57,960 nucleotides of DNA, taken from NCBI GenBank assembly GCA_035637435.1, contig DASPXD010000166.1:1-57960 (forward strand), given 5' to 3'. A model generated the notes under the pieces. That model saw nothing but the letters and a program-made list of their open reading frames with translations, was not told the DNA's origin and ran no database searches. Positions 32,209 through 44,026 of this stretch are shown here, piece by piece. Numbering within the stretch: position 1 is the first letter of the stretch; the number at the start of each line of letters is the position of its first letter. Made by a program: the position numbers and the translations under genes. The DNA comes from Gemmatimonadales bacterium. Lineage in GTDB: Bacteria > Gemmatimonadota > Gemmatimonadetes > Gemmatimonadales > GWC2-71-9.

Positions 32209-33060
32209 TCAGAATTCCAAGTTCTTCAAATAGTTATAGCTCGCCGCGATGTCCTGGAACGGCTGCGGCGGCTGGTCGTGCTCGACGAAGAAATGCTTGA
32301 TGCCCGCCTGATCCTGCTTCGCAAAGATTCTCTTCCAGTCGATCTTCCCCTGCCCCACGTCCGCCATTTTGTGTTCGGGCGCGCCGGCCGAGTCTTTCAC
32401 GTGCACCAGTGGCACCCTGCCGGGCCAGCGGGCGAAATACGTCAGCGGGTCCTGGCCGGCCTTGGTGATCCAGTAGAGGTCGATCTCGAGCTGCACGAGC
32501 TTGGGATCGGTGGTCTGCAGCAGGATGTCGTAGGGGACCTGCCCCTCCATCTTCGGGAATTCGAAATCGTGGTTGTGGTAGGCGAACTGCACGCCGGCGT
32601 CGTGTGCCGCCTGCGCGGCGCGATTGAACTCAGCGGCGACCTGCTTCCAACCATCCAGCGTCATGCGTTTCTCTTGCGGGATCCACGGCATGACGATGTA
32701 TTCGTGCCCGATCGCATGCGCGGCGTCGAGTGACGCCTTCCACGCATCCGGGGAGATGTCCCCAACGTGTGTCGACGGCGCCGAGAGTCCGTGCCGGTCG
32801 AGGATCGCGCGCACATCCGCCGGTGAGTGATTGAAGTAGCCGGCGAACTCGACTTCCTTGTACCCGATCTCCGCCACGCGCGCCAGCGTGCCCTCGAAAT
32901 CGGCTTTCATCTGATCGCGTACGGTGTAGAGCTGAAGGCCAACTTTATCGAGACGTGCGGCGCGCGGCGCGCGGGGTATTCCCGAACACGCAATCGCGAC
33001 GCCGGCACCAGTCACGGTCTGAACGAATTCCCGGCGATCCATCCTGCCTCCTCGCGTCAT
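32209..33060 (-). CDS. Tat-exported xylose-isomerase-like TIM-barrel protein (sugar phosphate isomerase/epimerase family)
   Basis: Leader MTRGGRMDRREFVQTVTGAGVAIACSG, then ...VGLQLYTVRD...GYKEVEFAGY...YIVMPW...FAYHNHDFEF...LEIDLYW...HVKD. ATG 33060 forms an ATGA overlap with the GMC gene stop. Confidence 0.82.
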   Translation of the reverse strand: MTRGGRMDRREFVQTVTGAGVAIACSGIPRAPRAARLDKVGLQLYTVRDQMKADFEGTLARVAEIGYKEVEFAGYFNHSPADVRAILDRHGLSAPSTHVGDISPDAWKASLDAAHAIGHEYIVMPWIPQEKRMTLDGWKQVAAEFNRAAQAAHDAGVQFAYHNHDFEFPKMEGQVPYDILLQTTDPKLVQLEIDLYWITKAGQDPLTYFARWPGRVPLVHVKDSAGAPEHKMADVGQGKIDWKRIFAKQDQAGIKHFFVEHDQPPQPFQDIAASYNYLKNLEF

Positions 33061-34724
33061 AGCTCGTGTCGTTTCATCGCGTCGACGGCGAAGGCCGCCG
33101 CACGCGCGGTGAGTGCCATATAGGTAATCGATGGATTCTGACACGCCGTCGACGCCATGCAGGCGCCGTCGGTGACGAACAGATTCGGGACATCCCAGCA
33201 TTGATTGTGCGCGTTGAGGACCGACGTCTTGGGATCCTTCCCCATGCGCGCGGTGCCCATCTCGTGGATCACGAGGCCCGGCGGGTTGTCGCTGGTAAAC
33301 GGCTGAATCTCGTGGGCGCCCGCCTCGGCGAGCATCTCGGCGGCCGTGATCGACATGTCGTGGACCAGCGCCTTCTCATTCTCGCCGTACGCGCAGCTGA
33401 TGCGGGCGACGGGAATGCCCCAGGCGTCCACCTTGTTCTTGTCGATCTCGACGACGTTCTCCTCTTTCGGCAGCATTTCGCCGAAGCCGTAGAAGCTGAA
33501 GCCCCAGGGACCGGGACGGCGGAGTGATTTCTTGAAGTCGGCCCCGAACCCCGTCTGCTCGGCGCCACGCCCCCAATCGGACCGCCCGCCGCCACCCTGG
33601 AAGCCGTAGCCACGGAGGAACTTGGACTTGGCGCCTCCCCCGACGTTGCGGAAGCGCGGCACGTAGATCCCATTGGGGCGATTCCCGATCGAGTCGCGGT
33701 CGGCAGGCCCGTCGACCCGGCCGCTGGCGCCACCCCCCATGATGTGATCCATCAGGTTCTTCCCGACCTGGCCGCTCGAATTCGCAAAGCCGCTCCCCGA
33801 GTTCAGGAGGATCCGTGCCGACTCGATCGTGGACGCGCACAGGAAGATGATGCGCGCCTGGAATTCGAGCGCGTGTTTCGTCTGCCCGTCGATCACGCGC
33901 ACGCCCGTCGCGCGGCCGCGCCGCTTGTCGTAGGTGATGCTGTGAACGACGCTAAAAGGGCGAAGCGTCAGCCGGCCGGTCGCCTGCGCCGCCGGCAGGG
34001 TCGCGTTGACGCTCGAGAAGTACGAGCGTGTGATGCAGCCGCGGTGGCACGGCCCACAGTAGTGGCACGGCGCCCGGCCGTTATGCGCCTCGGTGAGCAC
34101 CGCGCAGCGGCCGATCGTGACCATCCGTTCGCCCGGCCAGGCGCGCCCGACGGCATCGCGCACCGTCTGCTCGACACAATTCAGCGCCATCGGCTTGAGG
34201 AACTTCCCGTCGGGAAGCTGCGGCAGGCCTTCCGCCTGCCCGCTGATGCCGACGAACGTCTCGACGTAATCGTACCAGGGCGCGATGTCGGCGTAGCGAA
34301 TCGGCCAGTCGACGCCGATGCCTTCGCGCGCGTTGGCCTCGAAGTCGAGGTCGCTCCAGCGATAGACCTGCCGGCCCCACATGATCGAGCGCCCGCCGAC
34401 CTGGCGGCCGCGAATCCACGTGAACGGCTTGTCGGGAGGGGTGGTGTAGGGGTTTTCGAGGTCGTTGACGAAGAATTTGTAGGCCATCTCGTCGCAGGCG
34501 TAGCACTGCTGCTGGATCGACTGTTCACGGGACAGGCGCTTGCGATCGCCCATGCCGCGGAACTTCATCTCCCACATCGGGACGTGCTCGACGTAGTCGG
34601 TCTCGGGATTGATCGGCCGGCCCGCCTCGAGCACGAGCGTCTGCAGGCCGCGCTCGGTCAGTTCCTTCGCCGCCCAGCCGCCCGACATCCCGGAGCCGAT
34701 CACAATGGCGTCGTAGGTTTTCAT
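33057..34724 (-). CDS. GMC-family FAD-dependent oxidoreductase (no own signal peptide)
   Basis: MKTYDAIVIGSGMSGGWAAKELTERGLQTLVLEAG is the FAD GxGxxG fold. The GMC C-terminal region is ...HEMGTARMG...NLFVTDGA. ATG 34724 forms an ATGA overlap with the upstream stop. Confidence 0.88.
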   Translation of the reverse strand: MKTYDAIVIGSGMSGGWAAKELTERGLQTLVLEAGRPINPETDYVEHVPMWEMKFRGMGDRKRLSREQSIQQQCYACDEMAYKFFVNDLENPYTTPPDKPFTWIRGRQVGGRSIMWGRQVYRWSDLDFEANAREGIGVDWPIRYADIAPWYDYVETFVGISGQAEGLPQLPDGKFLKPMALNCVEQTVRDAVGRAWPGERMVTIGRCAVLTEAHNGRAPCHYCGPCHRGCITRSYFSSVNATLPAAQATGRLTLRPFSVVHSITYDKRRGRATGVRVIDGQTKHALEFQARIIFLCASTIESARILLNSGSGFANSSGQVGKNLMDHIMGGGASGRVDGPADRDSIGNRPNGIYVPRFRNVGGGAKSKFLRGYGFQGGGGRSDWGRGAEQTGFGADFKKSLRRPGPWGFSFYGFGEMLPKEENVVEIDKNKVDAWGIPVARISCAYGENEKALVHDMSITAAEMLAEAGAHEIQPFTSDNPPGLVIHEMGTARMGKDPKTSVLNAHNQCWDVPNLFVTDGACMASTACQNPSITYMALTARAAAFAVDAMKRHEL

Positions 34725-35272
34725 TGGTCGAGAGGGTAGCAGGGTTCGTAGCGGCCCGGCACGACCCGGAAATGCTGCTCGGTGGTCGCGCCGACTTCGG
34801 ACGTGTAATAGCCGGTCAGGGTCAGCCACTTCATGCCCTGGAAGAAATTCTTCGAGGTATCAGCCTTGGTATCGCGCAGTCTCGCCAGCTCCGCATCGAG
34901 ATCGGTGAGGATCTGGGTCTGCTGCTCGGGGCTGCAGGCGATGAAGTCCTTGACGAACAGGGCGCGCGAGCGCTCGTCGACGTTCGCGAGCCCAGCGGTA
35001 AACGTCTGGCGGTGCTCCTCATCCCCCCAATCGGCAAGCATGACGTCGATGAACGCCGGCACGCCCGCGTCGCGCGCACCCGGCGTGTCGGTCTTGGGAA
35101 TGATCAGCTCGGCGATGGTGGCGACAGTTTCACTCTGGTGGGGGCTCAACGCACGCAGTTCTCCAACGCGGACTCGCTTGTGAACGGCGCGCCCGACCGC
35201 CAAGAGCTTATCGGGTAGCGCGGCCGTCCCGGCGAGCAGGAGCAGTACTTCGCGCCGGTTCATCGAGTGCAT
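34721..35272 (-). CDS. Gluconate 2-dehydrogenase subunit-3-family small subunit with Tat leader
   Basis: MHSMNRREVLLLLAGTAALP is a twin-arginine leader. Its size, and its position directly upstream of a leaderless GMC oxidoreductase, are typical of the small Tat-targeting subunit. Confidence 0.75.
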   Translation of the reverse strand: MHSMNRREVLLLLAGTAALPDKLLAVGRAVHKRVRVGELRALSPHQSETVATIAELIIPKTDTPGARDAGVPAFIDVMLADWGDEEHRQTFTAGLANVDERSRALFVKDFIACSPEQQTQILTDLDAELARLRDTKADTSKNFFQGMKWLTLTGYYTSEVGATTEQHFRVVPGRYEPCYPLDQ

Positions 35273-35323
35273 CCTCTCGAGGAGTTGCCGTAAGTTGGCA
35301 CCCCGCCGGGGGGGACCGCTAGG

Positions 35324-36079
35324 CTAGCGGCGTTGCTGCGCGAACAACCAGCGGACGAATTCGTCGGACCCGTACGCCGCGTCCCACGAGTTGTGGTTCA
35401 GGCCGAGCAGCTCCGTGTAGCGGACATCGACCCCTGCCGCTTTCAACGCGGTCGCGGGCTCACGTGAGCCATTCACATTGACGACTTGGTCGACCTCGCC
35501 ATGGAAGATCCAAATTGAAACCTTCGCGAGGCGCTGCGCCAAACTCGACATGACCGCGGCGCTATCACCCGGGACGACGGGAACCGAGCCGCGGAACTGC
35601 GGGAAGTCCCGCACCCAGCCGCAGATCGGCACGATCGCCGCGAATAACTCGGGATGCCGGTAGGCGATGTACCACGTCCCGTGTCCGCCCATCGAGAGGC
35701 CGGTGAGATAGACGCGATTCAGATCGACGTGGAATTCGCGCAGCGTCTGCTGCAGCGCGGCGACAGCCATGTCGGCCGGAGTCCCGACCCACTGCGAATC
35801 GGGCGGCGCCTGCGGGAAGACCACGATCGCGGGATAGCGCGCCGGATTCTGCCGAATCGCGGGGCCGAGGCCGACGTTGGTCTGCAAGAGACCGTCGTTG
35901 CCCCGCTCCCCTGCTCCATGCAGGAAGAGAATTGCGGGCCAGCTTGGCTTCGTTTGATAGTCGGCCGGCACGTAGACCTGATAGTGATACGCGCGGCCGG
36001 CGACTGTGACGTTGCGGTCGAGAAACCCCGTTTGTACCTGTTGGAGCGAAGCGGCAATCCCGAGCAGCAGGAAGAGCAT
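35324..36079 (-). CDS. Alpha/beta-hydrolase esterase/peptidase (phospholipase-carboxylesterase / PHB-depolymerase-like)
   Basis: WPAILFLHGAGERGNDG...VYLTGLSMGGHGTW (GxSxG nucleophile elbow)...IFHGEVDQVV...LNHNSWD. The N-terminus is short and hydrophobic. Confidence 0.78.
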   Translation of the reverse strand: MLFLLLGIAASLQQVQTGFLDRNVTVAGRAYHYQVYVPADYQTKPSWPAILFLHGAGERGNDGLLQTNVGLGPAIRQNPARYPAIVVFPQAPPDSQWVGTPADMAVAALQQTLREFHVDLNRVYLTGLSMGGHGTWYIAYRHPELFAAIVPICGWVRDFPQFRGSVPVVPGDSAAVMSSLAQRLAKVSIWIFHGEVDQVVNVNGSREPATALKAAGVDVRYTELLGLNHNSWDAAYGSDEFVRWLFAQQRR

Positions 36080-36102
36080 AGTAAACCCCCGTCATCAAGA
36101 AC

Positions 36103-36429
36103 CTACCAGGGCGGCGGCGTGCCGGGTTGATCGGCCAGGCTCCTGCGCCGATCGAGCGCTCTCAGCAAGCGGTCGACGCCAAACACCAGCAGCTCGTAGA
36201 AACCAAATACCAGCATGATCAGCAGCGTGCCCAACACAACCGAGAAAGGCATCGGCAGATCATTCTTGATGAGCTCCTTCTTATGATTCTCGAAATCGGC
36301 GATGTACTCCTTCAACGTGAGGCTTTGTCCCCGCGCCGCGTCGCTCGCCATGCTCTTGCCCACCGCGTAGCCCACGACGCAACCCAGCACCAACGCAACG
36401 ATCAGGCGTGCGACGATCTTCCGTGCCAT
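36103..36429 (-). CDS. Small two-TM membrane protein, function unknown
   Basis: MARKIVARLIVALVLGCVVGYAV...SVVLGTLLIMLVFGFYELLVFGV. The start is trimmed to ATG 36429. Confidence 0.5.
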   Translation of the reverse strand: MARKIVARLIVALVLGCVVGYAVGKSMASDAARGQSLTLKEYIADFENHKKELIKNDLPMPFSVVLGTLLIMLVFGFYELLVFGVDRLLRALDRRRSLADQPGTPPPW

Positions 36430-36471
36430 CGATCCTCCGGTGATTGGGCTGGCGGCGAGCGGGTCCATCAG

Positions 36472-37991
<1,520 letters not shown>

Positions 37992-37995
<4 letters not shown>

Positions 37996-39017
37996 GACTC
38001 GGCGAGCACCGAGCGGGCGAAGGCGACATCCTGTTTGGACCCGATGATGAGCGGCGTGCGCTGGTGCAACGCCGTGGGTTTGATGTCGAGAATGTCGCCG
38101 CGCCCGTCGGTCGCCGCGCCTCCCGCCTGCTCCACGACGAACGCGAGCGGCGCCGCTTCGTACAGCAACCGCAGCTTGCCCTGCGGCGACATCGTGTCGG
38201 CGGGATAGAGAAAGACGCCGCCTGACATCAGGTTGCGGTGAATGTCGGCGACGAGCGAGCCGATATAGCGCGCATTCTTCGCCTCGACCTTCCCGCCGTC
38301 GCCGTTCTTGAACGCCCCCACGACGCGCTGGATACCGGGCGCCCACTTGTTCCAGTGACTCTCGTTCACGCTGTAGTACTGGCCGACGTCCGGCGAGCGG
38401 ATGTCGGGATGCGACAGCAGAAACTCGCCGATCGTGGGATCGAGCGTGAAGCCATGCACGCCCTGGCCCGTCGTGTACACGAGCATCGTGCTGGAACCAT
38501 AGAGGATGTAGCCGGCGGCGACCTGCGCGCGCCCTTTTTGGAGACAGTCGGCGAGCGAGCCGGGGCCCTTCTTGGTGGCGGTGCGGCGATGAATCGAAAA
38601 GATCGTACCGATCGAGCCGTTGACGCCGATGTTGGTCGAGCCGTCGAGCGGATCGTACATGAGGACGTATTTGCCCCCGCGGCGGTCCTCGCGCACCTGC
38701 ACGGGGATGGGGTGCTCGTCTTCCTCTGACGCGACGACGCACACCCGCCCCGTGTGCTCGACGCTGTGGCGCACCGTCTCGTTGGCGAACACATCCAGCT
38801 TCTGCTGCACCTCGCCCTGGACGTTGATCGCGCCGAATTCGCCGAGGATGTCGGTGAGGCCGGCGCGGCGCACCTGGCGGGAGATGATCTTGGCGGCGAG
38901 ACAGAGGTCGTACAGCAGGTTCGACAACTCCCCCGTGGCTTCGGGGTGGAGCCGTTCCTGCTCCATGATGAAGCGTTCAATCGTGATGACGGACGTCGGT
39001 GATTGCGAGCGTGCCAT
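37992..39017 (-). CDS. fbp: Fructose-1,6-bisphosphatase class 1
   Basis: [28 protein letters not shown]...ASEEDEH...[22 protein letters not shown]...[21 protein letters not shown]. The start is set at ATG 39017. Confidence 0.9.
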
Positions 39018-41166
39018 GACTCGAGACGGTGAAGGTGATCGTGCCCCGCTCATCGGTGCGGAGGACGGTGACGCCGTGCGCGCGCAGCCGGGCGAGCGTC
39101 TCCGCTGCGGGATGCCCGTAGCGGTTCTTGGCCCCCACGCTGATCACGGCCTCCGCCGGCCGCAGCTCATCGAGCCAGCGGTCCGAGGTGGCACCGCGTG
39201 ACCCGTGATGCCCCACCTTGAGCAGCGTCACGTGGCCGACCTGCCCCGCCAGATGCGCCTCCGTCGGCATCCCCGCATCCCCCGCCAACAGCAGGCGCGT
39301 CGCTCCATAGGTCACGAGCAGCACGACCGACTCTTCATTGATATCGGTCTGGCTCCCCGCCCAGGCCGAGTCCGGACTCAACACCTCGACGGTGACGCCA
39401 TCCAGCTCGAGCCGGTCACCGCGTCGTGCCGCGCGCCACTCTGCGCCGTCGCTCTCCACTGCGGCGAGGAAGCCGAGATATCCGGCGTCGGGCACCGGCT
39501 CTCCCGGCTCGAGCACGAAGGCGGGGTCGAACGCGTCGAGCACCGCCGGCAAACCGCCGAAGTGATCGAGATGCGCGTGAGTGGCCACGACACCCGCAAG
39601 CTGCGACGCGCCGTGACTACGCAAGAACGGCACCACGACGCGGCGCCCCGCATCTCCCTGTGGCCCGCGCGGGCCACCATCGATCAGCAGCCACCGGCCG
39701 GCCGGACTGCGCAATGCGACGGCGTCTCCCTGACCGACGTCCAGGAAACTTACGGTGAGGCAGCGGCAATCTGAAAGGCGGGTAAAGGCGGCAAAAACCG
39801 CCGTGAGTGACAGGACAGCCGCGATGAGCGAGGCGCGCGCCGCGATCACCCAGCGGCGGCGCGGCGAATTCCACAACCACCACGCCACCGCGAGGACTCC
39901 CAGCCACATCGCGGCGGCGCGCGGGCCGGCAATCATGATGAAATGCCCGCCCGGGAGCGCCGCCGCCGCTCTCGCCACCACATCGAGTAGCGCCAGGCAC
40001 AACCCCGCACCGGCCGCCAGCCAGCTCGACGAGACGAGCAGCGCCACCATCAGGCCCGGCACCGCGAGGCCAGCCAGCGGAATGGCGGCAAGATTGGCCA
40101 ACACACCGATGGGTGCGACCGTGCCGAAGGTGTATGCCGTGATCGGTGCGGTGAACAGCGTCGCGGCCGCCGCGGGAGCCAGGAGCCGCACGACCTTGCC
40201 ATGGCGTTCCGTGGCGCGGCCCGCCCAGATCACCGCGGCTACCGCCGCCACCGAGAGCCAGGCACCGACCGATTGCACCGACCACGGATCGCCGAACATG
40301 ACGCACAACGCCGCGAGCGCGACGAGCCCCCGGGGCGCGACGACGCGCTGGCGCAGCTTCGCGATGTCCAGCATGGCGAGCATCACCGCCGACCGTGTCG
40401 CGGGCGCGGGAAACCCGAGCAGCCAGACGTAGGCGAGCATGACGAATGTGGCCGCCACGAAGCGCGGCCGCGCGCCCAGCCGCAGCCGCACCAGCACGAC
40501 ATTGAGCCAGGCCGCAAAGAAGGCGACGTGCAATCCCGAAATCGAGAGCAGGTGCGCCAACCCGGAGCGCGTGTAGCGCTCGCGCAGCTCGGCGGGGAGC
40601 TCGGCACGGCGCGCGATCACCAGCGCGTCGACGAGCGGCGCCTGTGCGCCGAAGAGGCGCCTGCTGCGCTCAGCGACGCGGTCGCGCAGCGCACCTCGAC
40701 CACGCCGCACGGCGTCGAGCTGACGCACGCGCCGGGCGACGAGAATACCGCCTCTCGCGTCCGGCAGGAATCGGCCCGCGACAACCCAGGTTGTGCCACC
40801 GTGGGCTGGATGACCGTCAGGCCAGCGAACAGTCAGTGCGCCGCGGCAGGGACCTGCGCGCACGACACCTTCGGTGACGCCACCGCTTGCGGGCACCGGG
40901 TCGGTCAGTTGAATGACTGCGGAGTGGGTTTGGAGGCTGGTCCAATGCCCCGCGCAGGACGCACCGCGCTCTCTCCGCGCGGCCCCTCCCCACATGGCAC
41001 CAGCGACGAGCATCAACCCACAAGCGGTGGCGAGGGGAGCCCGGCGGACGAGCAGCGCAGCTCCCATGAGCACGGGAAGGACCACTCCCCACTCCCCACG
41101 CCCCGAGAGCACGGCCGAAAGGCCGAGTCCGAATGCGATGCTGAGATACAGGATCGGCGGGCGCAC
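38977..41166 (-). CDS. comEC: DNA internalization-related competence protein ComEC/Rec2
   Basis: Multi-TM competence domain (...[19 protein letters not shown]...) plus a C-terminal metallo-beta-lactamase domain ([10 protein letters not shown]...[10 protein letters not shown]...VGHHGS). Confidence 0.88.
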   Translation of the reverse strand: MRPPILYLSIAFGLGLSAVLSGRGEWGVVLPVLMGAALLVRRAPLATACGLMLVAGAMWGGAARRERGASCAGHWTSLQTHSAVIQLTDPVPASGGVTEGVVRAGPCRGALTVRWPDGHPAHGGTTWVVAGRFLPDARGGILVARRVRQLDAVRRGRGALRDRVAERSRRLFGAQAPLVDALVIARRAELPAELRERYTRSGLAHLLSISGLHVAFFAAWLNVVLVRLRLGARPRFVAATFVMLAYVWLLGFPAPATRSAVMLAMLDIAKLRQRVVAPRGLVALAALCVMFGDPWSVQSVGAWLSVAAVAAVIWAGRATERHGKVVRLLAPAAAATLFTAPITAYTFGTVAPIGVLANLAAIPLAGLAVPGLMVALLVSSSWLAAGAGLCLALLDVVARAAAALPGGHFIMIAGPRAAAMWLGVLAVAWWLWNSPRRRWVIAARASLIAAVLSLTAVFAAFTRLSDCRCLTVSFLDVGQGDAVALRSPAGRWLLIDGGPRGPQGDAGRRVVVPFLRSHGASQLAGVVATHAHLDHFGGLPAVLDAFDPAFVLEPGEPVPDAGYLGFLAAVESDGAEWRAARRGDRLELDGVTVEVLSPDSAWAGSQTDINEESVVLLVTYGATRLLLAGDAGMPTEAHLAGQVGHVTLLKVGHHGSRGATSDRWLDELRPAEAVISVGAKNRYGHPAAETLARLRAHGVTVLRTDERGTITFTVSSHGTLAITDVRHHD

Positions 41167-41178
41167 CGCCGACCTACG

Positions 41179-41463
41179 CTACAGTTGCGTCGGTTTTGCG
41201 CCGCAGCGCGGTGCGGCCGCGACCTTCCGAAAACCTTCGAGGAGGGCGACGTCGAGCTTGGCCTTTTCCTGGTCGCTGGCCAGCGTCAGCTCGGTGAGAA
41301 TCTCTCCCTGGCGGGTGGAGACGTAGTGCGGGGAGAGGCGATTGAGCGCGTAGACGATCACGTCGCTGTGACAGGTATCGCAGCCGCAGAACTTCGGGAA
41401 CCCCTCGCGCAGGCTCTGATACTCCCGCTCCACGACCTCCAGCGCCACGTTCGTTACGGCCAC
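41179..41463 (-). CDS. Late competence development protein ComFB family
   Basis: NVALEVVEREYQSLREGFPKFCGCDTCHSDVIVYALNRLSPHYV has the CxC..C motif and a length typical of ComFB. Confidence 0.72.
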   Translation of the reverse strand: MAVTNVALEVVEREYQSLREGFPKFCGCDTCHSDVIVYALNRLSPHYVSTRQGEILTELTLASDQEKAKLDVALLEGFRKVAAAPRCGAKPTQL

Positions 41464-42791
41464 GCGACCTCACCCCCCTGCCTCGCGGGAACGGCAACGT
41501 CCTCAACGGGCCAGGCGGTGAACGTCGAGCCGGTCGTGCCGGTGAAGCGCACGCGCCGATACTTCCCGATCCACTCCGCCGGTCCATCGAGCAGGGCAAT
41601 CTTGTTCGTCCGCGTCCGGGCCTGCAGCAAGTCACCGCGCTTGGCGGGACGCTCGACCAGCACCTCGTGCGTCGTGCCGACGAGGCCGATGTTCTTCTGC
41701 CTGGCGACCCGCCGCACCGCGCCGATGAGCCGGCCGATGCGCTCGGTCTTGATCTCTTCCGGCACATGATCCTTGATCCGCACCGCGGGCGTGCCGTCGC
41801 GCACTGAGTACTTAAACGTGTAGGCATCGTCGTACGCTACTTCTTCCACCAAAGACAACGTTTCCTGGAACTCATCCTCGGTTTCACCCGGAAATCCGAC
41901 GATGATGTCCGTCGACAGCGCGAGACCGGCCACGGCCGCTCGCAGCGCGGCCACCACGTCGAGATACCGCTCGCGGTCGTAGCGGCGCAGCATGCGCTTG
42001 AGCGTGCGCGAGCTGCCGCTTTGCACGGGCAGATGCACGTGCTCGCACACGGCGGGCGTCTCCGCCATGGCCGCAAGCACCCGTGGGGTGAAATCCGTGG
42101 GATAGGGCGAGGTAAAGCGCAGACGCCGAATGCCGTCCACGGTACCGACCGCGCGCAGCAGATCGGCGAAGTCGTGCTCGCCGTCGTGATAGCTGTGGAC
42201 CGTCTGCCCAAGGAGCGTGACCTCGGTGGTGCCCACATCCACGAGCCGCCTGACTTCTCCCACCACGTCGGCCAACTTGCGGCTGCGCTCCGGGCCACGC
42301 GTCATCGGAACGATGCAGAAGGTGCACCGATAATCGCAGCCGCGTTGCACCGTCACGAACGCCGAGATCGGATTGTCCCGGACCGGCGGTACGTCTTCGT
42401 AGTGCTCCCAGGCCTTGAACGCCACCTCGGCGGCACGCTCGCCCTCGCGCGCCCGCGCGATCAGCTCGGGCAGCCCGCGGTAGCCATCAGGCCCGATGAC
42501 GAGATCCACCTGAGGCACGCGCTCCAGGAGCTTGGGACCGAGGCGCTGCGCCATGCAGCCCACCACGCCGAGCACGTCACCGGGACGCTTGTAGCCCTTC
42601 AGCTCCCCCATCCGTCCCAGCACGCGCTGCTCGGCGTGATCGCGGACCGCGCACGTATTCACCAGCAGCACGTCGGCCTCGGCCGGATCGTCGGTGCGCA
42701 CGTAGCCCTCGCGTCGCAGGACGCCGAGCATCAGCTCGGAATCCGAGACGTTCATCTGGCAGCCGTAGGTCTCGATGTACACGCGCGGCAT
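41454..42791 (-). CDS. miaB: tRNA-2-methylthio-N6-dimethylallyladenosine synthase
   Basis: MPRVYIETYGCQMNVSDSE...NTCAVRDHAEQ...VQRGCDYRCTFCIVP (radical-SAM CxxxCxxC)...TRAM C-terminus. The start is set at ATG 42791. Confidence 0.9.
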   Translation of the reverse strand: MPRVYIETYGCQMNVSDSELMLGVLRREGYVRTDDPAEADVLLVNTCAVRDHAEQRVLGRMGELKGYKRPGDVLGVVGCMAQRLGPKLLERVPQVDLVIGPDGYRGLPELIARAREGERAAEVAFKAWEHYEDVPPVRDNPISAFVTVQRGCDYRCTFCIVPMTRGPERSRKLADVVGEVRRLVDVGTTEVTLLGQTVHSYHDGEHDFADLLRAVGTVDGIRRLRFTSPYPTDFTPRVLAAMAETPAVCEHVHLPVQSGSSRTLKRMLRRYDRERYLDVVAALRAAVAGLALSTDIIVGFPGETEDEFQETLSLVEEVAYDDAYTFKYSVRDGTPAVRIKDHVPEEIKTERIGRLIGAVRRVARQKNIGLVGTTHEVLVERPAKRGDLLQARTRTNKIALLDGPAEWIGKYRRVRFTGTTGSTFTAWPVEDVAVPARQGGEVAWP

Positions 42792-42793
42792 GG

Positions 42794-44026
42794 TCAGTTG
42801 ACGATGACCTCGAAGCGGGGGCGTCCGTCCCACCGGTCGGTATCAAGATAGACGCTCAGGTAATCCTGCGTCATCACCTCGACGTGACCCTTCTGGCGGC
42901 CGCTGACGACGCCATCCGCCGTCTGCCCTCGGCGGTACTCACGATAGGCCGCGGCTTTCGCCTCGCCCAGCTCGCGCAGCTCGCGCGCCCGCGCGCGAAT
43001 GACCTCGGGGCGCAGCTGCCCGGACAGCTTCGCCGCCGGTGCATCCGGCCGGACTGAGAACGGGAAGACGTGGAGATATGTAAAAGGCAAGGCGTGTAAC
43101 AGCGTGAGCGAGGCGTGATGATCGTCTTCTGCTTCACCGGGGAACCCCGCAATCACGTCGGCGCCGAGTCCGAACACCGGGAGGCGTTCCGCGAGCCACT
43201 CTATCCGCCCGCGGTATGACTCCGCCGTGTACCAATGCCGGCCCATGCGCTTCAGCACGTGGTTCGAGCCCGACTGCAGCGGTGCGTGCAGATGCGCCGC
43301 CAGCTGCCGAGGGGCCTCGATCAGGAGGCGCGCGAGGGTGTCGTCGACCTCGGTGGCTTCGACACTGGATAAACGGAAACGAACGGAGGGAACGGCAGCT
43401 ATCAAATGATCCAGAAGCTCGCCGAGTGACGACCCGTCCCCCTTCCCCCGTCCCCCTTCCCCGCCGTAAGTCCCGATATGCACGCCCGTGAGCACAATCT
43501 CCGCGTGCTGCTCGGCCAGCGCCCGCGCTTCCCCGACCAGGTCCGCGACCGGCCGCGACCGGTTGTTGCCCCGTGCGAGCGTCGTCGCACAGAACGTGCA
43601 GTGCTCGTCGCAGCCATCCTGGATTTTCAAAAGGGCCCGTTGGCGGGCGGTGGGGTGTAGGGGCGCAGCATGCTGCGCCCCTACACGAACCGGTCCGTTC
43701 AATCCTGCCGCACGCAGCACCATCGTCGGATCCGCGTTCGCCACCACGGCGCGTACGCCCGGCAACGCGGCGATCGCGCCGTCGTCCAACGCCGCGGCGC
43801 ACCCCATCACGATCGTTTCCGCGTGAGCGGTCTTCGCGACGTGCCGCACGAAGCGGCGCAGCTTTACTTCGCTTTCACTGGTGACGGTGCAGGAATTGAT
43901 GACGGCGAGATCGGCGAGCGCGGGATCATCCACGACGACGGCGCCACGCGTGTCGAACGCCTGGCGCACACGCTCGGTGTCGTACTGGTTGGCTTTGCAC
44001 CCGAAGGTGTGAAAGTAAACGTTCAC
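42794..44026 (-). CDS. mtaB: MiaB-like methylthiotransferase (MtaB-type)
   Basis: VNVYFHTFGCKANQYDTE...NSCTVTSESE...IQDGCDEHCTFCATT.... The start is set at GTG 44026 (GTGA overlap with the upstream stop). The symbol is tentative, since the RimO/MtaB/MiaB-like paralogue assignment needs alignment. Confidence 0.8.
   Translation of the reverse strand: MNVYFHTFGCKANQYDTERVRQAFDTRGAVVVDDPALADLAVINSCTVTSESEVKLRRFVRHVAKTAHAETIVMGCAAALDDGAIAALPGVRAVVANADPTMVLRAAGLNGPVRVGAQHAAPLHPTARQRALLKIQDGCDEHCTFCATTLARGNNRSRPVADLVGEARALAEQHAEIVLTGVHIGTYGGEGGRGKGDGSSLGELLDHLIAAVPSVRFRLSSVEATEVDDTLARLLIEAPRQLAAHLHAPLQSGSNHVLKRMGRHWYTAESYRGRIEWLAERLPVFGLGADVIAGFPGEAEDDHHASLTLLHALPFTYLHVFPFSVRPDAPAAKLSGQLRPEVIRARARELRELGEAKAAAYREYRRGQTADGVVSGRQKGHVEVMTQDYLSVYLDTDRWDGRPRFEVIVN
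43655..43686. repeat. Perfect 32-nt palindrome inside the mtaB coding sequence
   Basis: GTGTAGGGGCGCAGCATGCTGCGCCCCTACAC is its own reverse complement. It encodes RVGAQHAAPLH in the linker before the radical-SAM Cys motif. Confidence 0.95.
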
